A DNA stretch of 64,000 nucleotides from Alphaproteobacteria bacterium (lineage in GTDB: Bacteria; Pseudomonadota; Alphaproteobacteria; SP197). The notes below the pieces were generated by a model. That model did no database searches. It worked only from the letters and a program-made list of their open reading frames with translations, and had not been told where the DNA came from. Both the position numbers and the translations under genes were made by a program. The stretch spans positions 928,001-992,000 of the forward strand of contig OZ219918.1 in assembly GCA_964291415.2 (NCBI GenBank). Reading direction: 5' to 3'. Positions 52,419-61,961 of the stretch are shown here, piece after piece (the stretch's first letter is position 1; every line of letters begins with the position of its first letter).

Positions 52419-53699
52419 TCAGGTGTTCGGCAGCGTGATCTGGACCCTGAGGCCGCCGAGCGGTGAGCTGGCAAGGATGATGTCGCCGCCGTGGCCCCTG
52501 ACGACGTCGCCGGCGATGGTGAGGCCCAGGCCACCGCCACTCAGGTTGGGGTCACGGGAGGAGTCGAGCCTGACAAAGGGCTGGAAGGCCTCCTGCCGGG
52601 ATGCTTCAGGAATGCCCGGTCCATCATCGTCAAGGGTGACGATGATGGAGCCGTCCCTGGCGCATCCCTCCAGAACGGTCCGGTGTCCGTACCGGCAGGC
52701 GTTGTCGACGATGTTGGTGAGGCAGCGTTTCATGGCGCCCTGCCGGCCGACAAACGGCAGGGAATCCGTCACCTGGATTTCGACCGGGGACGGGGCCTCC
52801 GATGCCACCTCGTGGATCACCGTGGCGAGATCGAACTCCCCGGAAGCCTCCTCCCCCTGGCCTCTCGCAAAGGCGAGGTAGACATCGATCATGTGCTCCA
52901 TTTCCTCGATGTCACGCTTCAGGTTCGCCACTTCCTCGGTGTCGCCGAGGAGGGCGAGTTCCAGCCTCATGCGCGTCAGGGGGCTGCGAAGGTCATGGCT
53001 GACCGAGGCCAGCATGATCGTACGCTGCTGGATCTGCCGGCGAATCCGTTCGCGCATGGCGAGAAACGCATGGGCGGCCCGACGCACCTCGGCCGCTCCG
53101 GAGGGTCTGAAGTTGACGTCGATGATACCGCGCCCGAATTGCTCGGCGGCCTTGGCAAGCCGGTTGATCGGGCGGATCTGCTGGCGCACGAAGTAGGCGG
53201 CGATGAGGGTCAGCGCCAGGGAGGTTCCCAGCATCCAGTAGATGAAGAGGTCCGTTGTCCGGCTTTCCATTCTCTTCTTCGGAATGGTGATCACCAGCAG
53301 ACCGTCCGGCAACTCGATGCTGACAATGGTGTCGGGCGAACGGAAGGTGTCGATGGCGAAGGGCGTGGAAAGCCCGCCGAGAGCCTGCGCGAGGTGCCGT
53401 TCGACCCGCGTCGGCCTGCGGGCGAGACTCCTTTCGGGCAGTCTGCCACCGGGCAGAAACTGCGAAGAAAACTGGAAGAAGTCCCCTTCGATGACAACAG
53501 CTTCGTCGACATCAGGACTGTTGTACATCCAGATCAGCGCGTCGATCTCGTCAGCCACGGCGGCCGTCAGGTACTGCGTGACGTTCTCCCAGTGCCTCTC
53601 GTAGAAGACGATGGCGAGCACGATCTGAAGAATGACGAGAGGCACCAGAACGATGAGCAGGGAGCGGACGAAAATGGATTTCGGCAGCCAGCGCTTCAT
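52419..53699 (-). CDS. EnvZ-like sensor histidine kinase
   Basis: Two TM segments, HAMP, SHDLRSPLTR, NIVDNA, DDDGPGI, GLGL. Confidence 0.94.
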   Translation of the reverse strand: MKRWLPKSIFVRSLLIVLVPLVILQIVLAIVFYERHWENVTQYLTAAVADEIDALIWMYNSPDVDEAVVIEGDFFQFSSQFLPGGRLPERSLARRPTRVERHLAQALGGLSTPFAIDTFRSPDTIVSIELPDGLLVITIPKKRMESRTTDLFIYWMLGTSLALTLIAAYFVRQQIRPINRLAKAAEQFGRGIIDVNFRPSGAAEVRRAAHAFLAMRERIRRQIQQRTIMLASVSHDLRSPLTRMRLELALLGDTEEVANLKRDIEEMEHMIDVYLAFARGQGEEASGEFDLATVIHEVASEAPSPVEIQVTDSLPFVGRQGAMKRCLTNIVDNACRYGHRTVLEGCARDGSIIVTLDDDGPGIPEASRQEAFQPFVRLDSSRDPNLSGGGLGLTIAGDVVRGHGGDIILASSPLGGLRVQITLPNT

Positions 53700-54376
53700 G
53701 AGGTCACCAGGACATAGCCCTTGCCGCGAATGGTCCTGAGATACTGCGGCTCGCCCGGGTTGTGCTCGATCTTGCGTCGCAGGCGGGACACCTGCACGTC
53801 GATCGTGCGTTCGGCGGCAATGGTTTTCTGGGCCAGCCGGAAGCGCGACATGGTGACGCCCGGTGATCCGGCGAAGACCGCGAGCAGGGAGGTTTCGCTG
53901 TCGGTCAGCGGTACCGGGCGACCGCCTCGGAAGAGTTCGAGTCGGCCCCGGTCAAACGTGAAGGGCCCGAAGGCGAGGACACCGGATTGTTCCGGGGGTG
54001 GCGGAACGAGACGCAGGGCGTTGCGCATGCGCAGGACGAGTTCACGTGGCTCGAACGGTTTGGAGAGGTAGTCGTCCGCACCGACTTCGAGTCCGGCCAC
54101 GCGGTCATCGGCCATGTCGCGGGCGGTGAGCATGATGATCGGTATCCCCGCACCCTGCCTGATGCGGCGGGTGAAACTCATGCCGTCCTCGCCGGGCATC
54201 ATGACGTCGACGATCATGAGATCGAAGACCAGCGACTTGAGCTTGGCCTCGGCATCGGCGGCACTGCTTGCCGTGCTCACCAGGAACCCCTGGGCCATGA
54301 GGTACTTTTGCAGGCGCGCCCGCAGGCGCTGGTCGTCATCGATAACGAGGATGTGGGGACCGTCCGGGTTCATCAC
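53696..54376 (-). CDS. OmpR-family response regulator (PetR-like)
   Basis: VIDDD, DVMMPGEDG, GADDYLSKPF, RTIDVQVSRLRRK. Confidence 0.94.
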   Translation of the reverse strand: MMNPDGPHILVIDDDQRLRARLQKYLMAQGFLVSTASSAADAEAKLKSLVFDLMIVDVMMPGEDGMSFTRRIRQGAGIPIIMLTARDMADDRVAGLEVGADDYLSKPFEPRELVLRMRNALRLVPPPPEQSGVLAFGPFTFDRGRLELFRGGRPVPLTDSETSLLAVFAGSPGVTMSRFRLAQKTIAAERTIDVQVSRLRRKIEHNPGEPQYLRTIRGKGYVLVTS

Positions 54377-54837
54377 CCGCCGTCATCGTCGATGATGCCA
54401 CCGAGCACGCGGCGATATCCGGCGACCGCATCGGGTCCCGCCTCCCGCCACGCCTTGGCGATACGGGCACGCTGGTCGGCCGTGAGTCGCGCCTCGAGCT
54501 CGATCCCCCGTTCGGTGAGGTAAAGGAGGCGCCTCCGGCGGTCTTCCTGGCAGTGTCGCTGCTCGACGAATCCCTTGGTCACGACCTTGCGAAGCACCCG
54601 TGCCAGACTCTGCTTGGTGATCTTCAGGATGGCGAGAAGATCCTTGACGGTCATTCCCGGATGGCGGCCGACGAAGTAGATGACCCTGTGATGGGCGCGT
54701 CCCAGACCGTGTTCGGCGAGAATGGCGTCGGGCCTGGCGGTGAAGTCGCGGTAGGCAAAGTACAGCATCTCGATCCCTTCGCGCAGATCGGCGTCGCGCA
54801 GGAACAGGGGATTCGGTCCGCGTGTTATGTCAGCCAT
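54373..54837 (-). CDS. MarR-family regulator (PetP-like)
   Basis: LYFAYRDFT, GRAHHR, ITKQSLARVL, DRRRRLLYLT. Confidence 0.92.
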   Translation of the reverse strand: MADITRGPNPLFLRDADLREGIEMLYFAYRDFTARPDAILAEHGLGRAHHRVIYFVGRHPGMTVKDLLAILKITKQSLARVLRKVVTKGFVEQRHCQEDRRRRLLYLTERGIELEARLTADQRARIAKAWREAGPDAVAGYRRVLGGIIDDDGG

Positions 54838-54846
54838 ATTGACATA
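54826..54846. promoter_or_regulatory. Palindromic operator over the MarR start / ilvE promoter
   Basis: TATGTCA-N7-TGACATA containing TTGACA and spanning the MarR ATG. Confidence 0.7.
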
Positions 54847-54920
54847 TATGACGAACCGGTCTACCGGGACAAGGGGTTGCAACGGCAGGCGGCAGAGATT
54901 CCCCGAGTCAAAGAGGAGCC

Positions 54921-55799
54921 ATGGCTGAACTCATCCCGTTCGATGACAGGGACGGCACGATCTGGTTCGACGGCAGGCTGATCGACTGGCGTGATGCCAG
55001 GGTCCATGTCCTGACCCACGGACTTCACTATGCGAGCAGCGTGTTCGAGGGCGAGCGCTGCTACGGCGGCAGGATCTTTCATGCGCGCGAGCATGGAGAG
55101 CGTCTTCTGCGCTCCGCCAGGATCATGGGGTTCGACCTGCCGTATTCGATCGAGACGCTGGAGGCAGCCCGCTACGAGGTGCTCCGCGCCAACGGCATTG
55201 TCGACGGATACGTGCGTCCGGTGGCCTGGCGCGGCAGTGAGATGATGGGCGTGTCGGCCCAGCAGAACACCATCCACGTGGCGATCGCAGCATGGGAATG
55301 GCCGAGCTACTTCTCCGAGGAGGCGCGCATGCGTGGCATCCGCCTCGCCATTTCCGATTGGCGCCGGCCAGCCCCCGACACCGCTCCGGTTCACGCGAAG
55401 GCCGCCGGTCTCTACATGATCTGCACGCTCGCCAAGCACAAGGCAGAGCGCGAGGGCTTCGACGACGCGCTGATGTACGATTACCGCGGATTCCTGGCCG
55501 AAGCGACCGGCGCTAACCTGTTCCTGGTGATCGACGACAAGATCCACACGCCGACGCCTGACTGTTTCCTTGACGGCATCACCCGCCGTTCGGTGATTGC
55601 CCTGGCGCGGCGCCAGGGAATCGAGGTTGTCGAACGCCACCTCACCGACGACGACCTCGCCCAGGCGACGGAGGTCTTCATCACGGGCACGGCCGCCGAG
55701 GTCACGCCGGTCGGCCAGATCGGCGACCTGCATTTCCAGCCGGGCCGCATGTGCCGCACTCTCATGCAGGACTTCGACGCCGAAGTCAGAAGCGGCTGA
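54921..55799 (+). CDS. ilvE: Branched-chain amino acid aminotransferase
   Basis: LHYASSVFEGER, AKAAGLY, EATGANLF, LDGITR, TGTAAEVTP. Confidence 0.96.
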   Translation: MAELIPFDDRDGTIWFDGRLIDWRDARVHVLTHGLHYASSVFEGERCYGGRIFHAREHGERLLRSARIMGFDLPYSIETLEAARYEVLRANGIVDGYVRPVAWRGSEMMGVSAQQNTIHVAIAAWEWPSYFSEEARMRGIRLAISDWRRPAPDTAPVHAKAAGLYMICTLAKHKAEREGFDDALMYDYRGFLAEATGANLFLVIDDKIHTPTPDCFLDGITRRSVIALARRQGIEVVERHLTDDDLAQATEVFITGTAAEVTPVGQIGDLHFQPGRMCRTLMQDFDAEVRSG

Positions 55800-55852
55800 C
55801 GGCGCCTGTCTTTCCGCCGCACGCGACTCCAGTTGAGGTGCGAGCGTCCCGC

Positions 55853-56240
55853 CTACCTCCCTGACCAGGGATCGAGGATCTCGACTCCGGTGACCTCGAA
55901 ATCGGCAACATTTCCCGTCACCACCATCGTTCGTCGGATGATCACGGTTGCCGGGTTCAAAACACCTCGTTCGGGCTTTGGGTCGAGCATATGCAGGTGA
56001 CTGACGTCGACGGTGGAATCGACCGGCGGTACATGTTTGTCGAGTCCCGGCAGGACATGACAGTCCATCCATGCCCGGAGGCGTTACCCTTGATGCCGAA
56101 GGTCACGTTGCTCAAGTCGAAGCATGACGCATGAGTGTGAGCCCGAGATGCAGGAACGTCTTGCATCCCACCCGGAGGCTCGTATTGCATATCCGGCCAA
56201 ACTGACCAAGACTGGGGAAGATTCTGAGGGGGGGCATGCA
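55853..56240 (-). pseudogene. Decayed VapC/StbB-type PIN toxin (5' limit uncertain)
   Basis: LRLEQRD, HVLP, LHMLDPKPER, VVTGNVADFEVTGVEILDPW. Confidence 0.65.
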
Positions 56241-56339
56241 ACCCTGAGCGCCAGGTATGGTTCCGGTTGGCTGATCGGCCTTGTCCCGGCCAAGTCTTTC
56301 GCGGTAGCCAAGCATGGAAGGCCGGTCGTTGTCGTGCTT

Positions 56340-56577
56340 TCGCTGGTAGTATAGAGCGGTACGCAACGGCCATGAGGAGTGCGAGGGTGCTTGGAGAATC
56401 GATGCCGAGGACATCAAGGCACGCGGTTACAACCTTGACATCAACAATCCTCATTTCGAAAGAGAAGACCACGCAGACCCCGAAGCACTCCTGGCGGAGT
56501 TGAATGCCGCCGAAGCTGATGTGACAGCGGTGCGTGGCCAGTCAAAAGATGTCTTGGCGACGGCCCTGCTTCGATGA
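56340..56577 (+). pseudogene. C-terminal remnant of type I R-M methyltransferase HsdM
   Basis: Manual translation AWRIDAEDIKARGYNLDINNPH...DHADPEALLAEL...LATALLR-stop, with an in-frame stop just upstream. Confidence 0.75.
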
Positions 56578-56622
56578 CGTGGAGAATTGGTATCGATTGC
56601 CGCCGCAACCGGAGATTTGGCC

Positions 56623-56934
56623 ATGCATGCTGCCATCGCTGGAAAGAAGGACGAACTAGGTGAGCTCTGCCGTCAACACGGTGTGGTTCGTCTGGAAGTG
56701 TTCGGTTCCGCTGCACGCGGTGCGGATTTCGATCCGAAATCTAGCGATGCGGACTTTCTCGTGGAATTCAGGCTCGACGGCGACCGTGCACCGCTCCGGC
56801 AATACTTCGACTTTGCCGAGGCATTGCGCCGTATCTTGGGTCGGCCCGTCGATCTGATTGAAGCGGACGCGATCCAGAATCCGTACCTGCGCGCAACCAT
56901 CGACAAGTCGCGCGAACTTGTCTATGCATCCTGA
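56623..56934 (+). CDS. Minimal nucleotidyltransferase (MNT) antitoxin
   Basis: LEVFGSAARGADF...SDADFLV, GRPVDL, NPYL. Confidence 0.9.
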   Translation: MHAAIAGKKDELGELCRQHGVVRLEVFGSAARGADFDPKSSDADFLVEFRLDGDRAPLRQYFDFAEALRRILGRPVDLIEADAIQNPYLRATIDKSRELVYAS

Positions 56935-57280
56935 CCCCCGCATCCTGCTGGCGGATGTTGATCGCGCGGCCGCCGACATCACGCGCTTTACTGAAGGCAT
57001 GGACTGCAAGACTTACGTTGGGGACGCCCTGACGCAAGCCGCGGTCGAGCGCAAGTTCGAGATCATTGGCGAGGCCCTGAATCGTCTGCATCAAACCTGC
57101 CCCGAAGTAGCCGAACGAATTCCTCCGTTGCGCGAGGTTATCGACTTCCGCAACCTGTTGATCCATGGCTATGCGGTCGTGATTCCCGAGCGCGTATGGG
57201 ATTATGCCCAGAATGACCTCCCGGGATTACACCGGGTGGTGCAGGCATTGCTCGCCGAAATGGACACCCCGAAGGTATGA
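56924..57280 (+). CDS. HEPN (DUF86/HepT-like) ribonuclease toxin
   Basis: AVERKFEIIGEA, RNLLIHGY (Rx4HxY). Confidence 0.9.
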   Translation: MHPDPRILLADVDRAAADITRFTEGMDCKTYVGDALTQAAVERKFEIIGEALNRLHQTCPEVAERIPPLREVIDFRNLLIHGYAVVIPERVWDYAQNDLPGLHRVVQALLAEMDTPKV

Positions 57281-57480
57281 ATGCCAAATGCCTGCTTGCA
57301 CTCAGCAAGCGGATGGCCGAGACGCCCGACGCGGTTCCCTACTCCCGGCGTTTGGTGCTCAACCTTGCTGTGAGGGGCGGATGGTCGAGCAGAATGCGAC
57401 GGATGAAACTGTGGCGGAATTGTGGAATCGATTTGCGGCAGAAAGGGGACGCCTGGCGAAGTCGGGCAAGTTCAAGGGGC
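57277..57480 (+). pseudogene. N-terminal remnant of type I R-M specificity subunit HsdS
   Basis: MNAKCLL...PDAVP..RRLVLNLAVRG, then frameshifted MVEQNATDETVAELWNRFAAER. Confidence 0.65.
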
Positions 57481-57802
57481 GAATACTCTCCAACAAGGCT
57501 CCGTCGTCTGCAAGAAGTCGCGTACTCTGAGTTGGCAGCACAGATGAGGCCGGGAGCCTCAGCCACAAAAGCATTGGTCTGTGCGCAGGTGTGCGCCGTT
57601 GCAGGTGGCGAAATGTGCACGGGCAGTGAGCAAAAGTCTATGAGAACCGGGGTTGCCGCCCGAGGGCGTTGCGGTAATAGGCAAGAATGGCCAGACTTCC
57701 TCTTCCACGAAGCGCCACGCCGCAAGTCCTTGTAAGCAGCCTTCCATACAGACGAAAATTCTGAAACGACGCGCAAAACTGAACCGCTGACCACGAGCAG
57801 TA

Positions 57803-58591
57803 TCAAGGCAGAAATTGATCGGACAAGGGAATCAAGCCCTCAAATGCTACGAATATCCCATGGCCGCGGTACAAGGGCAGTGTCGGAACCTTGTTTGACG
57901 CACTGCAGGAATCTCCCGAATTCGCGACGGCAACGGAGGCAAAGTGACCGACAGCACTAAGTCGCGCGCAGTTTGCAGCGATGTCGGCAATGTTGTCCGG
58001 CATGGTTGCTTTCCTTTCCGGAAACCTTACACATCGAACGACGATCCACTCCGGGCCATTGTCACCAACAAACCATATTGACGGATTGACTTGAGGATTG
58101 CCCTGTGACGACATCAATTCGCGCCCAAGTTCCTTGGCAACATGGTCACGAACGACCTGAACCGCGAAGTCGTGCACTTCCCAATCGGTCATCTCGACCT
58201 TCTCCTCTGAGATGAGCGCGGTCGGGTCAATCGATCTGCCGGTTGTCGCATGGATCAGACCCCAGCCAGGAACTGGCGGACTCCACGTCGACCCAATGCA
58301 CCGCATAGGCATTCTGCATGGAATGCCGTTGCAGCCTTCGGCGATTATCCGGAAACCATCAGCATTTCCTGGCCCCGTGACGCGTCCATCCACATCCTCA
58401 ATGCGGATAAAGTAGAGTTGGTTTCCCATTCGAAACGATAGGTGTTCAAGGAATGGCGGAGTCAGGTCGGCTTTCAGCCAACCGAGCTGACCGTCTCCCG
58501 TCCTGGCTTGAAGATGCCTCCCGGCCGCTTGCCAGCACTGGGAAAACTCCTTCGACACTTCGTGCATTTCAATATCGAACATCGTTCCCAC
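57803..58591 (-). CDS. Hypothetical protein
   Basis: 262-aa intact ORF with protein-like composition, GGAGG RBS-like signal near the start, lower GC than the core. Confidence 0.75.
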   Translation of the reverse strand: MGTMFDIEMHEVSKEFSQCWQAAGRHLQARTGDGQLGWLKADLTPPFLEHLSFRMGNQLYFIRIEDVDGRVTGPGNADGFRIIAEGCNGIPCRMPMRCIGSTWSPPVPGWGLIHATTGRSIDPTALISEEKVEMTDWEVHDFAVQVVRDHVAKELGRELMSSQGNPQVNPSIWFVGDNGPEWIVVRCVRFPERKATMPDNIADIAANCARLSAVGHFASVAVANSGDSCSASNKVPTLPLYRGHGIFVAFEGLIPLSDQFLP

Positions 58592-59225
58592 CTCCAGGGG
58601 TGCTTATGTCATCAACAGGCCCGTAGCGCGACTGACCTCCAGCCTATGGTTCATAACGGATTTCTGGGCGTCAAAAGGATTGAGGTTCTCAGCGACAGGG
58701 ACTGACGCCCCGCCGTTCAACGACCGGAAGCGGTACTCCGAGAACTCGCTCCACCTTGCCATTACCGTCATGCTCGTGTCGGTGATCACCAAGCTGCCCG
58801 GACACAGACTACGATCCACCTTTTGCCGCGTCGATTCCCGCTGGCTGCCGGTGGTTTGGCTCTGATCGGCACAAAGCGCTCGGCAAAGCAGACCGCGGCC
58901 TGGAGACATGACGGCCAAGCGATACACGGGACCATCGGTCGAGACTTCACTACAAAGAGATCCTGGGAAGTACATACTCAGTCAATCGATATCAACGTTT
59001 GAGCTATGGCACCAAATTCATCTTTGAGGGTTTCGAATCGGTGTTTCGCTTCTCGATCGGTGAAGTTTGTCTTTGGATGCTCCTGAAGGAATTGTATTTC
59101 CAATTGAACAAGTCGCTGCTCAACCTGTTGACGACATTCGGAAATCCAATGTTGTGTACATCCCCAGTTACGCCCAACAACAAGCAAGGTGCGCGTTCTG
59201 ACCATACGGGCGTCCGGCAGAAGCA

Positions 59226-59507
59226 TCAGGCAAGGTCGGCCTCATGGGACCTGATTCGGGCACGGTGCGGATCGAATTCGATATCGGCCAGTCCTGGCAA
59301 CGACAGTGCATCCACTAGACTGCGACGCTGACCGGAAAACCGTCTGTAGTTCTCCATGCTGAGCAGCACGTGCGTGGGCTTGCCCCGATCGGTGATGAAC
59401 ACCGGGCCTGAGAGCGCAGCTCTCTTTGCGCCTGCCACGTCCTGATTGAAGGTTCGGCTGGTCACGGTGGTAATGGTCGAGGCGGGACCGGACTTCCCTT
59501 TAGCCAT
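59226..59507 (-). CDS. Phd/YefM (StbC-like) antitoxin; cognate toxin apparently lost
   Basis: SRTFNQDVAGAKRAALSGPVFITDRGKPTHVLLS. Confidence 0.88.
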   Translation of the reverse strand: MAKGKSGPASTITTVTSRTFNQDVAGAKRAALSGPVFITDRGKPTHVLLSMENYRRFSGQRRSLVDALSLPGLADIEFDPHRARIRSHEADLA

Positions 59508-59699
59508 GTCACTGCATTAGGAAATGTAGTCCGGGACATCAAGGCCCACGGTCAAGGGACCATGACACAACGTCCCGGCGCCTGGCGGCAACAGGGGAGG
59601 ATGACGCTACAAGGGCGTCATTCGTTTCACGGCAACGGAGCGAGCCCGACCATGACACGGGGAAGCGTCGCTGTTGTCGGCATGCGACAACGGTGAGAT

Positions 59700-60455
59700 A
59701 TGGAGCCAGATCGGGTCACTGCGTTGTTTTTCGAACTGTTCAGCGGGCTGCCCAGGCAGGGACCGGGAAGCGCGGCGGACACGCGACGCGCCCTCGCGTT
59801 CGTGCCGGACGTTGGGTCGCGGACACGCATTCTCGACATCGGTTGCGGGACGGGTGGCCAGACACTGGTGCTGGCCGCGTCGTCGCCCGCGCGCATCGTG
59901 GCGGTCGACACTCATCCGCCGTTCATCGATGCGCTGAACCGGGAGGCCCGCCGGCTGGGCATCGAGGATCGGCTGCAGGCGTGCGTGGCGGACATGCGCA
60001 ATCTGGATTTCGCCGACGGTTCCTTCGATCTCATCTGGTGCGAGGGCGCCATCTACAACGTCGGGGTCGAAAGGGGACTTGGCGACTGGCGGAGATTGCT
60101 GTCACCCAACGGGTACATCGCGCTGAGCGATGCGTGCTGGCGGAAACCCTCGCCACCTGCTGAATGCGCGGCGTTCTGGAACCGGGAGTATCCGGCAATC
60201 CGCAGCACGTCCGCGCTCCTGGAAGCCGTCGAAGCGTGCGGCTACACGATTGTGGCGCACTTTCCGCTTTCCGACTCGGCGTGGTGGGACGACTACTATC
60301 GGCCGCTGCAGGACAACATCAACGCATTCCGCGAACGTCACCGCGGTGCGCCGGACGCACAGGAACTGGCGGATCAATGCCAGCACGAAATCGACATCTG
60401 GCATGCTCATTCGGAGTTCTACGGCTACGAGTTTCTGGTGCTGCAGGCCCGTTGA
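59700..60455 (+). CDS. Class I SAM-dependent methyltransferase
   Basis: LPRQGPGS, ILDIGCGTGGQT, FDLIWCEGAIY. Confidence 0.92.
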   Translation: MEPDRVTALFFELFSGLPRQGPGSAADTRRALAFVPDVGSRTRILDIGCGTGGQTLVLAASSPARIVAVDTHPPFIDALNREARRLGIEDRLQACVADMRNLDFADGSFDLIWCEGAIYNVGVERGLGDWRRLLSPNGYIALSDACWRKPSPPAECAAFWNREYPAIRSTSALLEAVEACGYTIVAHFPLSDSAWWDDYYRPLQDNINAFRERHRGAPDAQELADQCQHEIDIWHAHSEFYGYEFLVLQAR

Positions 60456-60550
60456 AACAGGCATCCGTGGGAGGGACATGGATGTTCGGGAAGGGGCGGG
60501 CCCGGAAGCCGTCATTCAACCGGTCGGCAGGTCGTTCCCTGTCCCGGCAA

Positions 60551-60634
60551 GCTGTGGCATCGTCATCGAGGTGTGGGCCTTGACCCGGCGGCCACCCCTG
60601 CGTGAATCCTTGAACTTCCGGAAGGGCGCCCTTG
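60551..60634 (+). repeat. Decayed direct-repeat copy of the moaE 3' end (partner 61981-62065)
   Basis: GCTG.GGCATCGTC...GGGCCT.GACCC.GCGGC...TCCT.GA.CTTCC.GAAGGGCGCCCTTG; about three quarters identical by manual alignment. Confidence 0.85.
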
Positions 60635-60659
60635 CTGTCGGTCGTGGGGCGAGAGTCCT

Positions 60660-61775
60660 TCAGGTGATCTCGGCGATGGGTGGGCCCAGGACGTCCATTG
60701 CGGGTTGGACCCCGAGACCCGGCGCCTCGGAGGCGCTGATGCAGCCGTCCCTGGGGCGCGGGCAACCCTCGGCGAGGCTGACGGTGACGTAATCGGTGAG
60801 GTCGGTGGTTGACAGCACGTTGCGGGTCGGCGTGCTGGAAGCAAAGTGAGTCAGCGCCGCAGTGGTGATATCGCTTCCCCAGACGTCGTCAGCGACGACC
60901 GCGAGGCCGAGGTCGCAACAGAGGTCACGCATGCGACGAGCCTTGGTGAGCCCGCCGACACGCGCGATCTTGATGCAGCAGACGTCGACGGCGCCGGCCT
61001 CGTAGGCCCGGATCAGGTCCTGCGGCGTGGTCATCACCTCGTCAAGCTTCACAGGCAGCGGGCAGTGCTTTCGGAAGTGAATGCACTCCTCGAGGGTGAG
61101 GCAGGGCTGCTCGATCACAACGCTGTCGAGACCCCGCAAGGCCTGGGCGAAGCGGATGGCCTCATGCAGCGTGAAACGCGTGTTCGCGTCGGCGATGATC
61201 AGTTCGCCCGGCTGCAGGACGTCGGCGGAGGCCGCCACCCGTTCGATGTCGACGTCGACGTCGACGCCGACCTTGAGCTGAAAGTGGCGGTAACCGTCAT
61301 CGCGGCACGCGAGCATCGGAGCGACGATGTCCTCGGGCGAGGTGCGGTCCCCGAACAGAACGGAGCGATAGAGCGGTACCGGGTCGGGCCATCGGCCACC
61401 AAGAAGATCGCACACCGGTCGCCCGGTCACCTGTCCCATGATGTCCCAGAGCGCGGTGTCGAGGGGCGCCTTCAGATACAGCGAACCGTTGAAGCTGCGG
61501 TCCCACTCCCGGTTGATTTTCTCGACGTGGAAGGGGTCGGCGCCGATGAGTCCCTCGGCGACGATCGGGATGCCCGCTTCAGCGCCCTGCGAAAACGCGG
61601 GCGCGTAGTGCGTTCCGATCGGGCAGGTCTCGCCCGCACCCGTGATGCCCGCATCGGTGTCGACGAGCACGACGACGGACGTGTCGATATGTGGCACAAA
61701 TCCGCTCCCGGAACTGTATCCACCCGTTTTGGGCGGCATCGTGACGCTGTAGACGCGAACGCGCGTGATCTTCAC
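60660..61775 (-). CDS. Mandelate racemase/MLE-family enzyme (hydroxyproline-betaine epimerase / cis-3-hydroxyproline dehydratase-like)
   Basis: GETCPIG, DTALWDIMG, FQLKVG, ADAN, IEQP, KLDE, KIARVGGLT, DVWGSDI. Confidence 0.85.
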   Translation of the reverse strand: MKITRVRVYSVTMPPKTGGYSSGSGFVPHIDTSVVVLVDTDAGITGAGETCPIGTHYAPAFSQGAEAGIPIVAEGLIGADPFHVEKINREWDRSFNGSLYLKAPLDTALWDIMGQVTGRPVCDLLGGRWPDPVPLYRSVLFGDRTSPEDIVAPMLACRDDGYRHFQLKVGVDVDVDIERVAASADVLQPGELIIADANTRFTLHEAIRFAQALRGLDSVVIEQPCLTLEECIHFRKHCPLPVKLDEVMTTPQDLIRAYEAGAVDVCCIKIARVGGLTKARRMRDLCCDLGLAVVADDVWGSDITTAALTHFASSTPTRNVLSTTDLTDYVTVSLAEGCPRPRDGCISASEAPGLGVQPAMDVLGPPIAEIT

Positions 61776-61961
61776 TGCCCTGTTCTCCCGTGGGACCGTT
61801 GCCATGCAGCATCCGCCAACAGCCTTGGGACTGTCGTGCGAATACGTGCCCCTGGTTCAGGTTCCGTCATGGCCTCTGAGGGAGGATGTGCGCTGCCCGG
61901 CACCGTGTGCAATCGGAAACGTTCGGCAACGACCCGCCTGCGTGGGCCGCGTTGAGCGACC

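Noticed and set aside
59512-59585. Decayed copy of the ilvE 3' end closing the post-ilvE island
   Set aside because: Needs many gaps to align and overlaps the antitoxin promoter region; not supportable by eye
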